Origin: Roseiflexaceae bacterium
Lineage (GTDB): Bacteria > Chloroflexota > Chloroflexia > Chloroflexales > Roseiflexaceae
Length of the DNA: 10,594 nt
Direction of reading: 5' to 3'
NCBI GenBank assembly: GCA_043754595.1
Contig: JAYUUK010000335.1
Coordinates: forward strand, 1-10,594
Shown here: positions 8,501 to 10,594 of the stretch, piece by piece
Layout of the letters: each line of letters begins with the position of its first letter
How positions within the stretch are numbered: position 1 is the first letter of the stretch
Position numbers and translations under genes: made by a program
Notes under the pieces: generated by a model
What the model was told of the DNA's origin: nothing
What the model saw: only the letters and a program-made list of their open reading frames with translations
Database searches by the model: none

Positions 8501-9566
8501 CGACCTGGCGTGGGCTAACCAGCGGCCAGCGCCCACCATCGGCGCGACGCCCGCCGCATCCACACCGGCGCAGCTCTCGCCAGAGGAGGCCCTGCTGGCA
8601 AAAGGCCGCGCCCAGGGGTTCGTCGATATCAAAGATATCATCGCCGCTGTTGATAACCCGAACGAGGAGGTCGATCGGATCGAGGAGCTCGGCCGGCTGA
8701 TCCACAGCCAGCAGATCGCCATCCACGATGGCGATGAGGTCATCGATATGGACGCTGAGTATGAGGAGCCGGCCGCCCAGGAACCAGTCGCGCCACCGGC
8801 GGCACCAGAGACTCCTGAGATGACGCCATTCTCGCTCTACGAGCTCGGTCTATCCGATGCAGAGATCGAGTCGCTCGGCCTCGCTGACGCCACATCATCC
8901 GAGCCGACGCAGACATCATCTAATGTGCCGTTCTCGCTCGGCGATCTCGGCCTGGACGATTTCGCGATGCCGTCGCCCGCTGTCCCGAGCTCGCCGGTGA
9001 CCCCAAGCTCGTCATCTGAGGTTTTCTCACTGGAAGATCTCATTGAGGCGGATCTCCCGGTGTTCACGCAGCCTGCTGCGCCGACACCGCCCGTCCCGCC
9101 GGCACCACCCGCCGCCCCGGTCACCGTGCCGCCAGCGGCCGAGCGGCCAGTCACGCAGCCGCTGCCGCCACTGCCGGCCGCGCCCCAGCCAGTAGTAGCA
9201 CAGATGCCGGTCGCGCCCCAGCCCGCTGCGCCTGCCGAGGCGGCGATCGAAGACCCGGCTCTCTCTGGCTTTTTCTCGCAGCTCGCGCAAGACCCCGCCA
9301 ACCATGTGCTCCGGCTCGCTGTCGCACGCTTCAGCGGCCAGACCGGGCGTGTGGATGTTGCCGTGCAGCAATACAAAGATCTCATCCGCCGCAATGCCAT
9401 GCTCGATGATGTCATCGTCGATATCCAGGATATCATCGATGCGATGGAAGGCCAGCCAGAGAGCGATATCCGCAAGATGCATCGCACTCTCGGCGATGCC
9501 TATTCCAGACAAGGCCGCATCAACGAAGCTATGTCCGAGTATAGCTGGCCGATAGGGAGATCATGA
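5574..9566 (+). CDS. Large (1330 aa) multidomain scaffold-like protein. It has N-terminal TPR repeats (aa ~1-230) and a ~900-aa Pro/Ala/Glu/Asp-rich low-complexity region bearing ~17 copies of an acidic 'PFS[LF]xDLGLSDDEIAALG' short motif. An internal segment resembles sigma-70 region 1.1 (nt ~8571-8770), and the C-terminus is helical and TPR-like.
   Basis: ATG 5574 with SD GGGAGGA (5562-5568) and stop TGA 9564-9566. Codon usage (GC3-rich) is consistent across 4 kb. TPR-like helices include 'ARILGEAYLKTGDLDRAQQTLERVIAMDPEH' and 'AHVLLGMLAERRGQLKQAIAEYEQALEIKPDY'. Motif copies include 'TQPFSLSELGLSDDEIAGLES', 'MKPFSFADLGLSDDEIAALEQ', 'IQPFSFADLGLSDEEIAALGLG' (three copies), 'MTPFSLYELGLSDAEIESLGLAD' and 'NVPFSLGDLGLDDFAMP'. 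The overlapping minus-strand ORFs are GC-frame artefacts. Confidence 0.85.
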   Translation: MASMSLQAAQNQARQWLETGEAERAAGFAQHMLEQTPDNLETARILGEAYLKTGDLDRAQQTLERVIAMDPEHIPAHVLLGMLAERRGQLKQAIAEYEQALEIKPDYPELRSQLLRLYTEAWGSEHAQLRLSRAGLARLYIKGHMLPQAIAEFRQVIAEQPSRYDARVALARALWKNGQEPEAAETSRSIIADHPQSLIANLILGYQALNAGRAEGTKLWQTASAIDPEQGAAAELFEDLPAAPPMPSIPDWDEQAWHARNAAPPPETMPPTRAVEQVTPAAIPATLAAPVAAPPAPARQIAPPGDDFLASLLALDSAPKLPPTPAPIVDEPPSEPDGMLPFSLNDLEIGGELAHDPAPEATQPPLSLDDLGVSNAQIAGLEQSDRTLATPAPEISETQPFSLSELGLSDDEIAGLESVNVPAAQNPAAPVEPSAPASAEPMSIEEMKPFSFADLGLSDDEIAALEQGGVADTSAVSQPIESFAPFSLDDLDDVPSARAPGRTADDDDADASGLNLTPFSLDDLDFSAIDSAANRPTSLPSSLQSFSLDDLPPDRPRTSNLADDDTADLPPMGGAELEQPLMFGWHEPPQKDEPDFAKTLRARPPVNDENVFARLQEQRKNIQLPPSDLPDVSIAPEDHLGMFSMDDVSLRDDSEGAAATLDQVLLPPPAAAPLADIASEDMAGAISAGEIQPFSFADLGLFDEEIAALGMGPAQNAQSPAMPDLTPPVAAIPAAPEPAATAPTADVAVPAPEPVVAAPAAPEPAAPAFSHHEPEPEVENLHDAIASGEIQPFSFADLGLSDEEIAALGLGAAPQAAPEPAIAASAPAAPEPAISHHEPEPEVENLQDAIASGEIQPFSFADLGLSDEEIAALGLGAAPQAAPEPAAQPAPAAQAALENEEDLSTFELDLPTWDMSELGGDSTAATSGAERTNDNLPAPFSLADIGLGDEPDTDHDDRSDRLSLTEAELADLGTGGDLAWANQRPAPTIGATPAASTPAQLSPEEALLAKGRAQGFVDIKDIIAAVDNPNEEVDRIEELGRLIHSQQIAIHDGDEVIDMDAEYEEPAAQEPVAPPAAPETPEMTPFSLYELGLSDAEIESLGLADATSSEPTQTSSNVPFSLGDLGLDDFAMPSPAVPSSPVTPSSSSEVFSLEDLIEADLPVFTQPAAPTPPVPPAPPAAPVTVPPAAERPVTQPLPPLPAAPQPVVAQMPVAPQPAAPAEAAIEDPALSGFFSQLAQDPANHVLRLAVARFSGQTGRVDVAVQQYKDLIRRNAMLDDVIVDIQDIIDAMEGQPESDIRKMHRTLGDAYSRQGRINEAMSEYSWPIGRS
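7854..8235 (+). repeat. Intragenic tandem duplication: two ~195-204-nt units (~65 aa each) that are more than 90% identical at the nucleotide level. A more diverged third copy lies upstream (about 7630-7740).
   Basis: 'agccaccacgagccggagccagaggtggagaacttgca[c/g]gatgccatcgcctcgggcgagatccagccgttctc...' starts at both 7881 and 8076. The translated units are 'SHHEPEPEVENL[H/Q]DAIASGEIQPFSFADLGLSDEEIAALGLGAAPQAAPEPA'. Confidence 0.85.
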
Positions 9567-9937
9567 CAACTTACGGAAAAGCGAACATCATGCGGCGGAT
9601 CGTCGAAGATCTCATCCGTATCGATGGAGTGATCGGCAGCCTGCTCGTCGGCCGCGACGGATTGGTCGTCGCGAGCACCCTGATGGACGATGAAGACGCC
9701 GAGGTGCTCGGCGCGCGCGCTGCCGCCGTATTCGGCGAGATCGATAAGGCCACCAGCATCCTCGGCGTGGGCAAGCTGGTAGACTCGATCATTGATGCCG
9801 AGCAGGGGTCGATCTTACTGCTCGAGAGCCGCGATCTCATCTTGGTTGTTCTCACTCAACGTATGGTAAACTTGGGTCTGGTGAAAATGGAAATGCGTCG
9901 CGCCGCCAAGCGTGTCGGCGAGGCTGTGGCCGCCTGA
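9563..9937 (+). CDS. Roadblock/LC7 domain protein (MglB-like), 124 aa.
   Basis: 'MRRIVEDLIRIDGVIGSLLVGRDGLVVASTLMDDEDAEVLGARAAAVFGEIDKATSILGVGKLVDSIIDAEQGSILLLESRDLILVVLT' has the typical Roadblock/LC7 pattern (vxGvxgaxLvxxDGLxiAs...e..aa..a......a...lg.g.l..i.ie...g.i.i). ATG 9563 overlaps the upstream stop as ATGA (AGGGAGA at 9554-9560, spacing 2). An alternative start is the ATG at 9590 (MRRIVEDL...). Confidence 0.8.
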   Translation: MTTYGKANIMRRIVEDLIRIDGVIGSLLVGRDGLVVASTLMDDEDAEVLGARAAAVFGEIDKATSILGVGKLVDSIIDAEQGSILLLESRDLILVVLTQRMVNLGLVKMEMRRAAKRVGEAVAA

Positions 9938-9980
9938 CGCGCTGCGATTACGCCGGCGCACGAAAACGAAGAGGGAGTTC

Positions 9981-10430
9981 ATGGAGCGTTCGCTGATTAT
10001 TCTCAAGCCAGACGCCATCCAGCGCGGGCTTGTCGGTCCGATTTTGACGCGCCTCGAACAGCGCGGTCTCAAGCTCGTCGGGTTGAAGCTATCACAGATC
10101 GATGAGTCGCTGGCGCGCAAGCACTACGGCGTCCACGAGGGCAAGCCGTTCTTCGATGGATTGGTCGCGTATATTGTATCGGGGCCGGTTGTAGTGCTCA
10201 CCGTCACTGGGAAAAATGTGATCGAAACGGTGCGGGCGATGGTCGGCGCGACCAACCCGGTGAAGGCGGCCCCCGGAACCATCCGCGGCGATTTCGCCGT
10301 GGAGATCGGGCGCAATCTGATCCACGCGTCGGACTCGCCGGAGAATGGTGAGGCGGAAATCGGACTGTTCTTCGATGCAGGCGAGCTAGTGACGATGGAT
10401 CGCAGCAGCGACCGCTGGATCTACGAGTAA
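9981..10430 (+). CDS. ndk: Nucleoside-diphosphate kinase, 149 aa.
   Basis: 'MERSLIILKPDAIQRGLVGPILTRLEQRGLKLVGLKL...HASDSPENGEAEIGLFF' is a canonical NDK, including the active-site His region 'NLIHASDS'. SD GAGGGAG (9971-9977) lies upstream of ATG 9981. The six-frame ORF start at 9912 is an upstream in-frame extension without an RBS. Stop TAA 10428-10430. The gap to the Roadblock gene is only 43 nt. Confidence 0.95.
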   Translation: MERSLIILKPDAIQRGLVGPILTRLEQRGLKLVGLKLSQIDESLARKHYGVHEGKPFFDGLVAYIVSGPVVVLTVTGKNVIETVRAMVGATNPVKAAPGTIRGDFAVEIGRNLIHASDSPENGEAEIGLFFDAGELVTMDRSSDRWIYE

Positions 10431-10454
10431 TTACTAGACTCTAAAAAGCAGAAA

Positions 10455-10488
10455 CGCCCGGCGAGCAGTGCTCGCCGGGCGTCTTGTT
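10455..10488. terminator. Bidirectional intrinsic terminator with a perfect 11-bp stem CGCCCGGCGAG / CTCGCCGGGCG and a 5-nt loop CAGTG. It is followed by TCTTGTT on the plus strand and by TTTCTGCTTTTT on the minus strand.
   Basis: Read directly from the sequence. It sits 25 nt after the ndk stop and immediately after the stop (TAA, plus 10487-10489) of the convergent minus-strand ORF. Confidence 0.75.
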
Positions 10489-10594
10489 ATGGGGTAGATA
10501 GGCTTTGTGGACCTGGATCGGTGGGCGTCGGCGTGTCGGTCGGCGTCTCCGTGCGCGTCGGCGTCTCGGTCGGCGTGTCGGTGGGCGTCGGCGT
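10487..10594 (-). CDS. C-terminal fragment (last ~35 codons) of a convergent gene that continues beyond the window. It encodes a Thr-Pro repeat linker, '...TPTPTDTPTETPTRTETPTDTPTPTDPGPQSLSTP*'.
   Basis: The minus-strand frame is open from the window edge to TAA (plus 10487-10489). A period-6 DNA repeat (10521-10594) translates to a (T-P/T-D/T-E)n linker of the kind common in secreted or cell-surface proteins. The fragment is too short to appear in the ORF track. Confidence 0.4.
   Translation of the reverse strand, partial: TPTPTDTPTETPTRTETPTDTPTPTDPGPQSLSTP
10521..10594. repeat. Hexanucleotide-periodic microsatellite-like repeat (GTSGGC/GTCKSN)n, at least 12 units, truncated by the window end.
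   Basis: 'gtgggc gtcggc gtgtcg gtcggc gtctcc gtgcgc gtcggc gtctcg gtcggc gtgtcg gtgggc gtcggc' was read directly. It is coding on the minus strand (see the partial CDS). Confidence 0.7.

Noticed and set aside
5463-9512. Many minus-strand ORFs (such as 5463-6005, 6845-7432, 7487-8122, 8046-8726, 8837-9487) and plus-strand off-frame ORFs inside the giant gene.
   Set aside because: They are antisense or out of frame relative to a 4-kb ORF with consistent codon usage, a strong RBS and recognisable TPR domains. Their translations are low-complexity Gly/Ala/Arg/Ser strings, and several merely mirror the repeat structure of the real gene.
9912-9980. Extended ndk N-terminus starting at 9912 (MSARLWPPDALRLRRRTKTKREF...).
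   Set aside because: NDKs begin directly with the 'M.RSLIILKPD' motif. A good SD precedes the ATG at 9981, and the extension would overlap the Roadblock gene's 3' end.

Overview
This is a high-GC window, about 68% G+C, and reads as a bacterial chromosome; a Chloroflexota-like or similar high-GC lineage is my guess, not a computed result. I support seven protein-coding genes. On the minus strand there is a polytopic membrane protein (127..2055), possibly GT-C glycosyltransferase-like. It is preceded by a stand-alone DUF4388/PATAN-like domain protein (2052..2807), and the two share a GTGA stop/start overlap. On the plus strand there is a flotillin/SPFH (band-7) membrane scaffold protein (3010..5028). 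A 545-bp non-coding region follows, carrying a near-consensus sigma70-type promoter, a structured leader and short direct repeats. Next comes a 1330-aa protein (5574..9566). It has an N-terminal TPR block, about 900 aa of Pro/Ala/Asp/Glu-rich low-complexity sequence carrying about 17 copies of the acidic short motif 'PFS[LF]xDLGLSDDEIAALG', an internal segment resembling sigma-70 region 1.1, and a helical C-terminus. Its stop overlaps, as ATGA, the start of a Roadblock/LC7 (MglB-like) protein (9563..9937). Nucleoside-diphosphate kinase follows 43 nt later (9981..10430). A perfect bidirectional terminator hairpin comes next. The 3' end of a convergent minus-strand gene encoding a Thr-Pro hexanucleotide-repeat linker runs off the window. 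The window begins with two tandem ~45-bp GC-hairpin repeats. I see no rRNA, tRNA, CRISPR array or recognisable mobile element. Nearly all the other six-frame ORFs lie inside or antisense to these genes and look like high-GC frame artefacts. The main candidate system is the PATAN-like / flotillin / giant TPR-motif-array / Roadblock / NDK neighbourhood. Its domain vocabulary matches small-GTPase (MglA-type) polarity modules, but no GTPase lies in the window.
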